DNA from: Candidatus Binatia bacterium
Lineage (GTDB): Bacteria > Desulfobacterota > Binatia > Bin18
Assembly (NCBI GenBank): GCA_963666315.2
Contig: CAXXHG010000038.1
Span: 1-64,000, forward strand
Length of the DNA stretch: 64,000 nt
Reading direction: 5' to 3'
Part shown: piece by piece, positions 1 through 10,903 of the stretch
How positions within the stretch are numbered: the first letter of the stretch is position 1
How the letters are laid out: each line of letters opens with the position of its first letter
The notes under the pieces: model-generated
What the model saw: the letters and a program-made list of their open reading frames with translations, nothing else
What the model was told of the DNA's origin: nothing
The model's database searches: none
Translations under genes and position numbers: made by a program

Positions 1-1477
1 TCCTGAACGCATACTGGAGCGCATCGTTCAGCTCGTCCGCGGTATGCACCGCGCGCCCTTCGACACCAAAGCCTTCGGCCAGCTTCACAAAGTCGAATTC
101 CGGTTTGTCCAAACTTGTCAGCGACAGACTGGCATCACCCGGTGTCATCTTGGCACGTTCCAGCTCCCAACGCAGGATGGAGTAAGCACGATTCTTACAG
201 ATAATAGTCGTCAGGTTTTGTTTCTCACGCGCCATGGTCCACAAAGACTGTATCGTATAGAGCGCTGAGCCATCGCCTTCGAGACAAATTGTTGGACGAT
301 CCGGTTCTGCCGCCGCTGCTCCGACTGCACACGGTAGACCCTGGCCGATCGAACCACCGGTGAGGGCCATATACGTAAACGGCGGCGCCCCACCTGCCAT
401 ACCGTGGTAGGCAAACCCCGCTGTCGCGCCTTCATCCATCACAATCGCCCCTTCGGGTTGGGCAGCCGCAAGTGCCTGACACATATGAGCCGCAGTTAGT
501 GGGCCGGTCGGGGACTCCGGACGTGGCTGGGCCGGAGCCTGGCGGACCGGCGGCGCATCCAGGGCGTCTGCTACAGTCATGAGCGCTGTAGCCGGATCAA
601 CGTTGGGGCTACACAGCTGGATGATGTCTGCGTCTTCCGCACACAGGCTGCTGCGCGTATCGGGATAACCAAAAAACGCAACCGGCTCAGGCGGGTAGGG
701 GATTTTATCCGGAGAAATCAAGCCTATGCCGCGATCCTGAATGGGTGGAAAGGTCGGCGTGAGGACACGGCAGCCGGTCGCCCGCTGAATGCGGTCCGCT
801 GCCTGCAAACCGGCGGTTCGGAGTGCGCTGCCACTCAGTACCAGAGCCGCCTGGCCCGAACGCAGCGCTTTGGCCGCTCGCTCGGTTTCGCTCACACTCG
901 GAAACGCAGGCTCAGTAATCGTGGGCTTCTCCGGTTTGGCTCTGACCCTGGCCCATTGCATATCTCCTGGCAGAATCAGCGTGGTTGGTCCGGTCGGCAA
1001 TTGCGCCGCCCGGAAGATAACCTCAGCCATATCTTGGCCGACCGTCTCCGGGCTTTTTGAGGTAAGTACGAACTGCGACATGGGCTGGGCCAGCGTAGCA
1101 ATATCCGCTGTCAGCGGTGCGTTGGCTGCAATATGCCACGTAGCATGTTCACCCACGATGGAGACCACGGGCGAGTGTGCTTTGCGCGCGTTGTGCAGAT
1201 TCGCCTGCCCGTTGGCTAAGCCTGGCGCTAGATGCAGCAAAGCGAGCGCCGGTCGTCCGCTGACGCGCGCATAGCCGTCCGCCGCACCCGTACACACGCC
1301 CTCAAACACAGCCAAGATTGAACGGATGCTTGGGCAACGGTCAAGCGCCTGAACCAGATAGAGTTCGGTTGTGCCCGGATTCGCAAAGCACACGTCGATG
1401 CCGGCGGCAGCGGCGGTCTGAATGGCGAGTTCCGCGCCGGTCAGTGGTTCGGCGGCTGTTTGTGACTCCAGCGTCAT
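1..1477 (-). CDS. ThDP-dependent enzyme, acetolactate synthase large subunit-like (3' end runs off the window)
   Basis: Manual translation from ATG 1477 (GGAG RBS): MTLESQ..DVCFANPGTTEL..FEGVCTGAADGYAR, then TGGSIGQGLP..EGDGSALYTIQSLWTMARE (ThDP-binding GDG motif). Not in the ORF track because it is open at the edge; continuity of the middle not checked codon by codon. Confidence 0.85.
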   Translation of the reverse strand, partial: MTLESQTAAEPLTGAELAIQTAAAAGIDVCFANPGTTELYLVQALDRCPSIRSILAVFEGVCTGAADGYARVSGRPALALLHLAPGLANGQANLHNARKAHSPVVSIVGEHATWHIAANAPLTADIATLAQPMSQFVLTSKSPETVGQDMAEVIFRAAQLPTGPTTLILPGDMQWARVRAKPEKPTITEPAFPSVSETERAAKALRSGQAALVLSGSALRTAGLQAADRIQRATGCRVLTPTFPPIQDRGIGLISPDKIPYPPEPVAFFGYPDTRSSLCAEDADIIQLCSPNVDPATALMTVADALDAPPVRQAPAQPRPESPTGPLTAAHMCQALAAAQPEGAIVMDEGATAGFAYHGMAGGAPPFTYMALTGGSIGQGLPCAVGAAAAEPDRPTICLEGDGSALYTIQSLWTMAREKQNLTTIICKNRAYSILRWELERAKMTPGDASLSLTSLDKPEFDFVKLAEGFGVEGRAVHTADELNDALQYAFR

Positions 1478-1513
1478 ACGGTGTCCTCTCCTTGTTTACG
1501 TCTGCACATTGCT

Positions 1514-2365
1514 CTAGGGGCGAGTTTCCCGGATCTCATTCAGAATGGGCTCTACAAACTCGATGCAGCGCTCGGGATCTTCACTCATCGGAAAGTGGCC
1601 TAACCCCTGCATGGTTTGGTATTTGGCGCCTTTGATCCGTTCGGCCAACTCTTTCGACTGCGCAGGCGTACTGGCCCAGTCATATTCGCCGGTCAGCAGA
1701 TAGACGCCCACTTTGGAAGTATCGATTTGCTCGGCTGTTTCCCGCAAGTCATGATCGACCGAGTAGTAGTATAAGTCGCCTTTAAAAACTGGCGGTGCGC
1801 CTTGGCTATACACCCACACGGTCTCGCGGCGGTATTTCTCCGGAGCCGTTGGAGCCATAAGCCCGTACATCGACATGGACTTGAAAGCATTGCTGACCCT
1901 GGGGTGATTCCACACATCCCGCCAACCACCGGGAGTATAGAGCGCGGCCTCAAGACCGATGACGGCCCGGAATTCATCCGGATAGTGCAAGGCCAGATCT
2001 GTGGCCAGATGTCCGCCGATCGAGCTGCCCATATATATAGGACGATCCAGTTCGAGCGCCTTACTCAGGCTGACGGCAACCTGCATCAGAAAATCTTTGG
2101 TTAGTTTGTACTCTTCTTTCCACCATTCTTTTTCTATGGGAGGGAGAGACTTGGCATGATACGGCAGGTCATACGAGATCATCCGAAAGTTTTGTGTCAG
2201 GCGTTCGTGTTCCAGAAAATGCCGCCACTGCCTGCCGTCCGCCCCTGCTGTGTGCTGACACAGGACGGGTATGCCTGAGCCGCTCTCTTCAAAGTACACA
2301 CGATATTCAACCTCATCGATACTGAGATACACATAGCGTCCAACTGCTTGATCAAAACGTGCCAT
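1514..2365 (-). CDS. alpha/beta fold hydrolase
   Basis: HTAGADG oxyanion region, DLPYHAKS, GSSIGG nucleophile elbow, GEYD acid, GHF catalytic His. Confidence 0.85.
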   Translation of the reverse strand: MARFDQAVGRYVYLSIDEVEYRVYFEESGSGIPVLCQHTAGADGRQWRHFLEHERLTQNFRMISYDLPYHAKSLPPIEKEWWKEEYKLTKDFLMQVAVSLSKALELDRPIYMGSSIGGHLATDLALHYPDEFRAVIGLEAALYTPGGWRDVWNHPRVSNAFKSMSMYGLMAPTAPEKYRRETVWVYSQGAPPVFKGDLYYYSVDHDLRETAEQIDTSKVGVYLLTGEYDWASTPAQSKELAERIKGAKYQTMQGLGHFPMSEDPERCIEFVEPILNEIRETRP

Positions 2366-2394
2366 ACTCCAGTCCTCCGTTAGGCGGTATGCGT

Positions 2395-2784
2395 CTAGAC
2401 GTTATGCGTCACTGCGCGCATGACATCAAAAAAGCGGCGGATGGCCGGGTAATAGGCGTACACCTTTTCTAGGTCGCCACCCACTTTAAACCCGTGATGG
2501 ACCGTTGCTCCCCACAAATCGAGATAAAACGGCTTCGGCACAAGTTCGAGGAATTTATCCCATTGCTCAGCCGGGGCGTGGATCTGAATGTCAGATGGCA
2601 CGAGTAGATCAAAGTCCTGATAGCCGCGCTCAATTTCCGTCACCTGGCCGTTTTGAATCCGAATGAGGAGGGCGCTATTGCCCATATCGAGTTTCAGGTT
2701 GGTATTCCAAAACCGGGATGCCAGCTGAAACTCCGGGTCGTTGTTGAGTGCCTCTTGCAGGCGCGTGGTACGGCTCGCGTCCAT
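2395..2784 (-). CDS. SCP2-like (sterol carrier fold) hypothetical protein
   Basis: 129 aa, GGAG RBS; 'ALNNDPEF...W...IQNGQV...DIQIHAPAEQW...KVGGDL' pattern resembles SCP2-like domains. Confidence 0.55.
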   Translation of the reverse strand: MDASRTTRLQEALNNDPEFQLASRFWNTNLKLDMGNSALLIRIQNGQVTEIERGYQDFDLLVPSDIQIHAPAEQWDKFLELVPKPFYLDLWGATVHHGFKVGGDLEKVYAYYPAIRRFFDVMRAVTHNV

Positions 2785-3069
2785 ATCCGGCTCTCCTCTT
2801 CATTATGGCTACTTGCGGCTAGTCGTGTAGATATCGAAGTCGCGTGCTCAGAGCCTCTGTGTCATACCACAACGCGAGACGGTAGTCAGCCGAGTTTCGC
2901 AAACGTTACGAAAACCTTGCCCGACCTAGACAAGTGCCAGGCTTGGCTGTCTCTGTGTTGCTCTCTATTTCTCAGCATTCGCAGAGCAGAACGCTTCCTC
3001 TCGACCACAACACTGGACGATGTGCTACGAGGAGGAGGCAACAACACTACCGGAGACGAAAGGACAGGT

Positions 3070-4103
3070 ATGGAAATCGGACTGTATGCAACCTCCCACG
3101 GCACCGGCTATCGAGATGATACCAACTTCTTCTTATATTCGTTGCCAGCTAATCAACTTCTCCCTATCCAAATGGCGCAAGTGGCTGAGCAGGCCGGTTT
3201 CCACTCGCTGTGGTTTCCAGACCATGTGTGTATGCCCATGTTCTCAGAGAGTGAGCATATGTGGCCAATGTCTCGGGGAGTCGGGCGTATGAGTCCAGAC
3301 ACACCATGCTGGATGCTGCGGTCACCATGGGAGCGGTCGCAGCCCGTACCACAACACTGAAGCTGGGAACCAGTGTCTTAGTCGCCCCGTATCGTAATCC
3401 ACTCAGTGATGCGCGCCAGTTTGCAACGATTGATCAGCTATCAAATGGACGGCTTCTCTTTGGGGTTGGGACGGGTTGGTTGCAGGAAGAGTATCCGATA
3501 TTGGGCCTGGATTACAAAGACCGGGGGAAACGCACTGAGGAGTGTATTGAAGTGTATAAACGTGCCTGGTCGGACGATGTGGTGTCCTTTGAGGGCCAGT
3601 TTTATTCGTTCTCGGATGTTTCTATGGACCCCAAACCTGTGCAAACCCCACGACCACCCATTCTGTATGGCGGCGTCACGCCTGCGGGTGCTCGTCGAGC
3701 GGCCCGTTTGTGTGACGGGTTTAATCCTATTTTTCCAGACCCGTACGCACAGCCTGAACGCTATGCAGACCTCCACGACCTGATCCGAAGAGAGTTAGAC
3801 CTTAGAGAGCGGGATCCATCCGACTTTGGCATGATGTGTATTAGTTCGGCCCGTCTCACCTCAGCGGATGATCCGTTAGCCCAAGAAAGGCCGCGGCGAA
3901 TTTGCACTGGCAGCGCGGAGCAAATATTGGATGATTTGTCCCGTTTTGCCGCAGCAGGCTACTCTCTTGTCGTGCTCTTCTTCGACTGCCTGTCTTCACG
4001 TGAAATATCGGAGTGGGATGATCAGATGCGACGCTTCGGAGAAGAAGTCATTCCTGAGGCAAAGAAAATAGAGGTAAAGGGCGGTTGGAATACAGCGCTA
4101 TAG
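3070..4103 (+). pseudogene. LLM-class (F420/flavin-dependent) oxidoreductase, frameshifted near 3258
   Basis: MEIGLY..AEQAGFHSLWFPDHV in one frame; LGTSVLVAPYRNP..GRLLFGVGTGW..PKPVQ in another frame; CATATGTG suggests an AT duplication. Confidence 0.8.
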
Positions 4104-4294
4104 AGCCTGAACAAAGGGACGCCTATAGAGATTGGGAGATTGGCATACGCCTGGTCTGGCGTATCGGGATGACGAGAATGTGCTTGCGCGCGACTGCTTG
4201 AGGCGGCTGCCTGTGTAACACCACGCGCCACCGATTCCGAAGCTTAGGAAAAATACGGACTCAATGATGGCGGAGAATTCCCGATTAAACAATC

Positions 4295-5816
4295 ATGTTC
4301 GGAAAACGGTTTGGGATTGGAACACGTCTCAGCGTATTGGTCTGTGCCCTTGTTATACTTTCGACCGGAGCGGTTGATATCGCGACATATCACCAGATCA
4401 GTTCGGTGCTGGTCAAGCATGAACTCAAAGAATTGAGTCTGGAAGCCAGAGTGGCTGGGGTGTGGCTTAATGGCGACATTGGTACACTCCGCAACGATGT
4501 TCTGTCGCTGGCCGGCACTCCTCCCATCCAGGGTGTTATCCGAGCACGAGAGCATGATGGGATCGATCCAGTCGATGGCTCAAGCGTGGATCTGTGGCAG
4601 AGTCGCCTTGCAGTGATCTTTACCCAGGTCATGCAGGTCAAACCGCACTACTCGCAAATTCGCTACATCGGACAGACTGACGCAGGACGAGAGATTGTCC
4701 GTGTCGAACGATTCGGCGAGACTATTCGTACCGTGCCTGAGGCGGCCCTGCCGCAAAAGGGACGGCGGGGTTATTTTCAGGACGCGCTCAGCGGCATGCC
4801 CGGTTCGGTGTCCCTGTCTGAGATAGCCCTCAACCGAGAACGTGGCCGGATTGCCGAGCCGCATACCCCCGTGCTCAGGGCTGCTGTAGCTGTCCACGAC
4901 TCTGTGGGGGAGCCATTCGGTATTGTCATTATCAATATGGACATGCGTTCACTCTTCAAAACCTTACGGAGGGAGGTCGCTAAAGGACACAGCCTCTACA
5001 TCACCAACGAGAGAGGCGACTTCCTTGTTCATCCCGATCCAGCCAAGACCTTTCGTTTCGAATGGGGACAACAGTTTCGATTGCAAGACTTCTTTCCCTC
5101 TATCCACTCCACATTTGCTCCTGGTACAGAACACAGAGAGACCTTGATACCCCCAGTTCAAAAGCTGGCCTGCAACACGCTAACCTCCGTGGGCCACCGG
5201 GCTGATGGGAAACGCTTTGTTGAGTCTGGTATGGCAGCCTGTCTGGTCAAACCGGCGCGTCAATCGTAGCTCTTCGATACTTTAGTTGCTGTTTGGAGAA
5301 CAGCCCAGAACGGAGACAGCCTCAACCGGTCAATGAAACAGGGCGAAAAAGAGGCATTGCGCATGCAGGCCGAAGTTCCGCGCCCCGCACTCCATGCGCG
5401 CATCCTTTTAGCCGAAGATAATGTGGTGAACCAAAAAGTTGCAGTCCGGATGCTGGAAAAGCTGGGCTGTCGGGTGGACGTGGCAGCCAATGGCAAAGAA
5501 GCAGTCGAGATGTTGGCGCAAATGCCGTACGACCTGGTATTCATGGACTGCCAAATGCCCGAGATGGACGGCTATGAATCCACAGGCGAGATCCGTCGTC
5601 GCCAGAAGGAACAGTCTAGAGAGAAGCAGGCTGTGATGGCGCGGGTCCCGATCATTGCAATGACAGCGAATGTCATGCAGCGGGATCGCGAAAAGTGTCT
5701 TGACGCAGGCATGGATGACTACGTGAGCAAACCGATTACTCGTAAAGACTGTTCTTGAACGTTGGGGCAAGGCTGCAGCCGACCCGAATGCGCCCGCTGA
5801 TCCAGTAGCCGCATGA
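4295..5816 (+). pseudogene. Degenerate hybrid sensor kinase: TM + Cache domain fused by deletion to receiver-domain remnants
   Basis: Cache-type sensor (QIRYI..GREIVRV; PVLRAAVAV; YITNERGDFLVHP) jumps to a REC tail (ACLVKPARQS*LFDTL, in-frame TAG 5267-5269), then a REC domain ([23 protein letters not shown]) with a frameshift near 5750. No HisKA/HATPase. Confidence 0.75.
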
Positions 5817-6065
5817 CGCTCCCTCCTTTCTTTCCTCTGGGTCATTAGGCGTTAGGCCGGCTTTTTCCCTCTCTCCTCCTAGGCCCACTCCATCAGTTGA
5901 ATCGAGCCATCAGCGGCGACGAACAGTACCGCCCGCAGGCGCTCCCGTAAGGGTGGTGGGGAGACACTCCAAAAAATGCTAGGTCTCAGACGATTGTAAC
6001 AGCCGTTGTGGGTCACGCTTTGGCTTAGGCCGAGTGAATACCCAGTACACGAAAAGAGGGCAACG

Positions 6066-7211
6066 ATGAAATCCCCAGTTTGCGACATGCTTGGTATTGA
6101 GTTCCCGCTCATCGCCTTTACGCATTGTCGAGACGTTGTTGTGGCAGTATCCAAAGCCGGTGGGATGGGCGTATTCGGGGCCGTATCGCATCCGCCTGAA
6201 AGTTTGGAAGAAGAACTGTGCTGGATAGACAAGCACATCGATGGCAAGCCCTACGGCATCGACCTGATTGTTCCGAACAAGATTGCAAAAGAGAGTCTCG
6301 GCGGACTGACCAGCGAAAAGGTCAAGGCCGCCATTCCTGAAGAGTATTTTCAGTTCGCGGCTGGGATTCTGGCGCAACATGATATCCAATCGGAAGGTCT
6401 GTATACCTTCCGGGATGAATCGTTCCGGACGAGTCTGAACATGCAGGCCAGCGGGGCGGCAGAAGTGCTGGAGGTCGCCTTTTCTCATCCCATCAAGTTA
6501 GTTGCGAATGCGCTGGGGGTGCCGCCCAAGGTCATGCTGGAGATGGGGAAGCAACACGGTGTGCCGGTCGCGGCACTAGTGGGAGCGAAAAAGCACGCCA
6601 TCCGGCAGGTGGAAGCCGGCGTTGATCTGCTTGTTGCCGCAGGCGGAGAGGCGGGCGGACATACTGGGGAGGTTTCGACGTTGGTGCTGATCCCGGAAAT
6701 CTGTGAGGCCATACAACCTTTTCGGAATGTGCCGATTTTGGCGGCAGGCGGAATTGTGACCGGCCGCCAAATGGCGGCGTGTATGGCCATGGGTGCGGCC
6801 GGCGCCTGGACGGGATCGGTATGGCTGACGACAAGCGAAGCGGAAACGAACCCGATCGTCAAGGAAAAGATGATCCAGGCGACCTCGGGCGATACGGTCC
6901 GCTCCAAAGCCCGAACCGGCAAGTTTTCACGACAACTGAAGTCGTCTTGGACGGCCGCCTGGGAAGCGGAAGGCAGCCCGACGCCCCTGGCCATGCCGCT
7001 TCAGTCTTTGGTGAGCGAACCCGCCCTGCGTGAAATTGACACACTGTCCCAGCGCGGCCACGCGGGCGCAAAAGAATTGGCGACGTATTGGGTGGGACAG
7101 GGCGTTGGACTCATGAACCGCCAGATGTCGGCTGGCGCGGTGGTTCAGGAGTTCAAGGAAGATTTCTTGAATGCCTGCGTGCGTCTGTCCGATGCCTTGG
7201 ATGCCGAATAA
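6066..7211 (+). CDS. Nitronate monooxygenase family flavoprotein
   Basis: GIEFPLIAF, AAGGEAGGH, AAGGIVTGR, GAWTGS motifs; ATG 6066 after GAGGG. Confidence 0.88.
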   Translation: MKSPVCDMLGIEFPLIAFTHCRDVVVAVSKAGGMGVFGAVSHPPESLEEELCWIDKHIDGKPYGIDLIVPNKIAKESLGGLTSEKVKAAIPEEYFQFAAGILAQHDIQSEGLYTFRDESFRTSLNMQASGAAEVLEVAFSHPIKLVANALGVPPKVMLEMGKQHGVPVAALVGAKKHAIRQVEAGVDLLVAAGGEAGGHTGEVSTLVLIPEICEAIQPFRNVPILAAGGIVTGRQMAACMAMGAAGAWTGSVWLTTSEAETNPIVKEKMIQATSGDTVRSKARTGKFSRQLKSSWTAAWEAEGSPTPLAMPLQSLVSEPALREIDTLSQRGHAGAKELATYWVGQGVGLMNRQMSAGAVVQEFKEDFLNACVRLSDALDAE

Positions 7212-7279
7212 GCGGCACCGGGGCGAGCGGGACAGGGCGCACTACTCATGTGTGGTGAGATAGGATTGAGGAGGAGGAG

Positions 7280-7729
7280 ATGCCCAACATCGTGCATCGG
7301 ATTGGTGTCGACGAGACGACGCCGGAACACGCTTATCAGGCAGTCGCAACACGAGACGGCATTGCCGCATGGTGGACTGAGCAGGTCCACGGCGACTCCA
7401 AGGTGGGGACTGTCCTCCAGTTTCGTTTTGCCGAGGACGGCTCCGATTTTGAAGTTCTGGAGCTCACGCCGTTTTCGCGCGTTCGCTGGAAGTACGCGGC
7501 TGGTCCGCCGGAATGGCTGGATACACAAATTCACTTCGATATCAGTGACCAGGAGGGCGAAACGGTTATTCTCTTTAAGTACTGTGGCTGGCGCGAAGAG
7601 GTAGAATTTATGCATCACTGCAGCACGCAGTGGGCCTATTTTCTCGTCGGTTTGAAGGAGCTGTTAGAAGGTGGCCACGGAACGCCGTATGGGCCCCGGT
7701 CTCAGCCCATCAGCCGCTGGTCCAGATAA
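7280..7729 (+). CDS. SRPBCC/AHSA1 domain protein
   Basis: IVHRIG..AYQAVAT.DGIAAWW, GPPEWLDT.I.F, W.YFL..LKELLE; strong GGAGG RBS. Confidence 0.85.
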   Translation: MPNIVHRIGVDETTPEHAYQAVATRDGIAAWWTEQVHGDSKVGTVLQFRFAEDGSDFEVLELTPFSRVRWKYAAGPPEWLDTQIHFDISDQEGETVILFKYCGWREEVEFMHHCSTQWAYFLVGLKELLEGGHGTPYGPRSQPISRWSR

Positions 7730-7802
7730 CCGCGATCCCGACTGCTCCACGACTACTCTGATAGCAGACCACAAAGATAGGACTCACGGCGGGCGGAAAT
7801 CA

Positions 7803-7828
7803 TCAGGAAGCTCTCAGAGTTTTCTCAG
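7803..7828 (+). promoter_or_regulatory. Three TCAG direct repeats at 11-bp spacing, candidate winged-helix regulator binding site
   Basis: TCAG at 7803, 7814 and 7825, about 30 bp upstream of an OmpR/PhoB-type wHTH gene. Confidence 0.45.
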
Positions 7829-7859
7829 GGGCTTGGCCAGCCAAAGGAAGGAACCCAGC

Positions 7860-10687
7860 GTGGCAGTAGCAGACGTTGTGCACTTTGGTGACTACCGGTT
7901 GGATATGCCCAAAGCGTTGAGCGTATTGGACTATCTGGTGACCCGGCCTGGGCAGTTGGTGACCAAAGACGAACTGTTCGTGGCCGTGTGGCCCGAGGCG
8001 GTGGTGAGTGAGGGGACGCTGGCGGAATGTATCCGCGGGGTGCGCAGGGCCTTAGGGGAGACGGCGCGGGCGCCGCGCTACGTGGAGACGGTCCATCGGC
8101 GTGGCTACCGCTTTATTGGGCAGCTGGCAAAAAGCGCAGTCGCGCCGTCTCCGCCGCCGCGTACCCGGTTAGTCGTGGGCCGGCACGCGCCAGGTGGTGT
8201 TTGTGGCGGGCGAGGCGGGGATCGGGAAGACGACGCTGGTGGAAGCCTGTGTGGAGCAGCTGCAGGGCGACGGGAACTGCTGGGTGGGGCAGGGGCAGTG
8301 CATTGAGCAATACGGAGCCGGCGAGGCGTATATGCCCGTGCTGGAAGCGTCGGGCCGTTTGTGTCGGGGCCCGGATGGCCAGCGGTTTGTGGAGTTGCTC
8401 GGCCAGCACGCACCGACGTGGCTGGTGCGGATGCCCACCTTGCTGCAGGCTGAAGAGTTCGAAGCGCTACAGCGCAAGACGGCGGGCGCGACGCAGCAGC
8501 GCATGTTGCGTGAGATGGCCGAGGTGCTGGAGGCCCTGACTGTTGAGAAGCCGCTCATCCTCGTGCTCGAGGATCTGCACTGGAGCGACTATTCGACGGT
8601 GGAACTCTTGGCCACTCTGGCCCGGCGGCGGGAGGCCGCACGGCTGTTGGTGTTGGGGACATATCGGATAGTAGAAGTGAACCAGGGAGAGCATCTCTTA
8701 AAGCGGGTGAAGCAAGAGTTACAGGTGCACGGCCAGTGTGAAGAACTGGCCCTAGACTTTCTGAGCCAGGGGGCGGTTGGGGACTATCTAGCCCGGCGGC
8801 TCGGACAGGATACGCTGCCCGCCAGTTTGCCGAGCTTCATCCATCGGCACACGGACGGCAACCCGTTATTCGTGGTGGGGGTGACGGAGGACCTGGTTCA
8901 GCGAGAGATCCTGACCCAGCACGACTGGCAGTGGGACCTGAGCGGGGGGTTGGGTGAGGAGAGTATCCATGTCCCGGAGGGGCTGCGGCAATTCGTTGAG
9001 CAGCAGTTAGAGCAGCTCAGTGGCGCGGAACGGGGCCTGGTTGAGGTGGCGAGTGTGGCCGGGGTCGAGTTTTCAGCGGCGGCGGTCGCGGCCGGGATTC
9101 ACCAAGACTCAGAAGAGGTAGAAGAGCACAGTGTGCGGGCTTAGCGCAGCGGCAGCACTTTCTGGTAGACAAGGGGACGGCGGAGTGGCCGGATGGAACG
9201 GTGGCGGCGCGCTACGGGTTCATCCATGCCTTATACCAAGAAGTGTTCTATGCGCGGCTGACGCCGGGCCGCCGGAGTGGATTGCACCTGCGCATCGGAG
9301 AGCGAGCGGAAGGGGCGTACGGCGCCCGTACCGAGGAGATCGCGGCGGAACTCGCCATGCACTTTGAGCGCGGACGGGACACCCAGCGGGCGGTGCAGTA
9401 TCTACAACTCGCGGGCCAAGGCGCCGTGCAGCGCTCGGCGAATGTGGAGGCGATCACACATTTGACACGTGGAATTGCCCTGGTCCAACCCCCCTGCCGG
9501 ACAGCTCGGAACGCCGCGAGGAAGAACTCTGTCTGCAGGTAGGCTTGGGGTTACCTCTCTCGCTTACCAAGGGCTGGGCTGCCCCGGAAGTGGAACAAGT
9601 CTACAGCCGGGCACGGGAACTGTGTGCGCAGATCGGAGATACCCCGCAGCTTTTCCCAACGCTGAATGGGTTGTTCGCCTTTTATCTAATGCGAGCAGAA
9701 TACAAGACGGCGCTCGAGGCGGCAAAGCAGCTCCTCAGCCTGGCCCAGCGCGCAGAAAATTCCGGCCCCTTGCTGGAGGCTCATGATGGAATCGGGTTGA
9801 ACTTAATGATGCTGGGAGAGTTTGTCTCTGCCCGCGAGCACCTTGAAGCGGGGATGGCCTTCTACGATCCTCACCACCACTGCGCTCATATTGCCCTGTA
9901 TGGGCATGACCCAGGGGTGGTGTGTCTCAACTATTCCGCTTACGTTTTAGGGATTTTGGGCTACCCGGACCAAGCACTGGAGACAATCCACCAGGCCCTC
10001 TCCTTGGCCCGGCAGTCTAGTTGCCCCTTCAGCGTGGCCTGGGCCCTGAACATGGTGAGCTGGGTCCATCAGGGTCCTCGGGAGGGGCAGGCAGCCCAGG
10101 AGCAGGTGGAGGCGGGCATTGCGCTCTCTACTGAGCAAAGATTTGCGTACTGGTCGGTGTGGGGAACTCTCTTGCGCGGCTGGGCACGGGCTGTGCAGGA
10201 GCAGGCTGGGGAAGGGGTGGCGCTGATACGCCAGAGCCTGGCTGCCCACCTAGCCACAGGATCGGGACTGGCACAATCGAATCCTTACCCTGCTCGTAGA
10301 GGCCCACGGGAAAGCCGGCCAGGCTGAGGAGGGGCTGGCAGCCGTGGCCGAGGCCCGAGCCTTCGTGGGCCAGACTGAAGAGTGCTACTACGAGGCGGAA
10401 TTGTATCGACTCAAGGGGGAGTTGAGTTTGCAACAATTCAAAGTTCAAGGTCACAGGTCGAAGAGGAAGCGGAAGCTTGTTTTCAGAAGGCCATCGCTGT
10501 TGCCCGCCGGCAGAGCGCCAAATCCTGGGAGCTGCGCGCCGCTACCAGCGTCGCTCGGTTGTGGCAGCAACAGAGGAAGGTAGCAGAAGCGCGCGACCTC
10601 CTCGTTCCTGTTTATAATTGGTTTACGGAGGGGTTTGAGACGGCGGATTTGCAGGATGCGAAGGCATTGCTGGAGGCCCTGTCCTGA
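7860..10687 (+). pseudogene. Winged-helix + AAA ATPase (STAND-like) + TPR regulator, multiply frameshifted
   Basis: wHTH (LVTKDEL..VWP..YVETVHRRGYRF), Walker A GEAGIGKT, EDLHW, GNPLF, FIHALYQE, C-terminal ELRAATS..WFTEGF.T.DL, split over six ORF-track pieces. Confidence 0.85.
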
Positions 10688-10903
10688 CACAACGCTCCCC
10701 ACCTTGTCTGTCTGTTGACAGAAATAATACCGTCTCTTTTTGATGCCTATCCATTGCTGTCCTTGCCACTCGCCCTACAAGACACGCCTGACTATGTCGC
10801 AATTCGCTCTCGCATTTCCCTTACTCCGCTTGACTCTCGTCCCAAAATCACATGAACTGTCAAAAGTTCTATCTCTATTCTATCTCTATATAAGGAGGCC
10901 AGC

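Noticed and set aside
4098-4292. Minus-strand ORF beginning MFNREFSAIIE, reminiscent of a HicB N-terminus
   Set aside because: Similarity is limited to a few residues and no continuous HicA/HicB frame could be traced
5879-5960. Minus-strand tail RAVLFVAADGSIQLMEWA*, resembling a VOC/glyoxalase C-terminus
   Set aside because: Too short to support a call
10868-10889. TCTATCTCTAT x2 before the LLM RBS
   Set aside because: Low-complexity slippage is the simplest explanation
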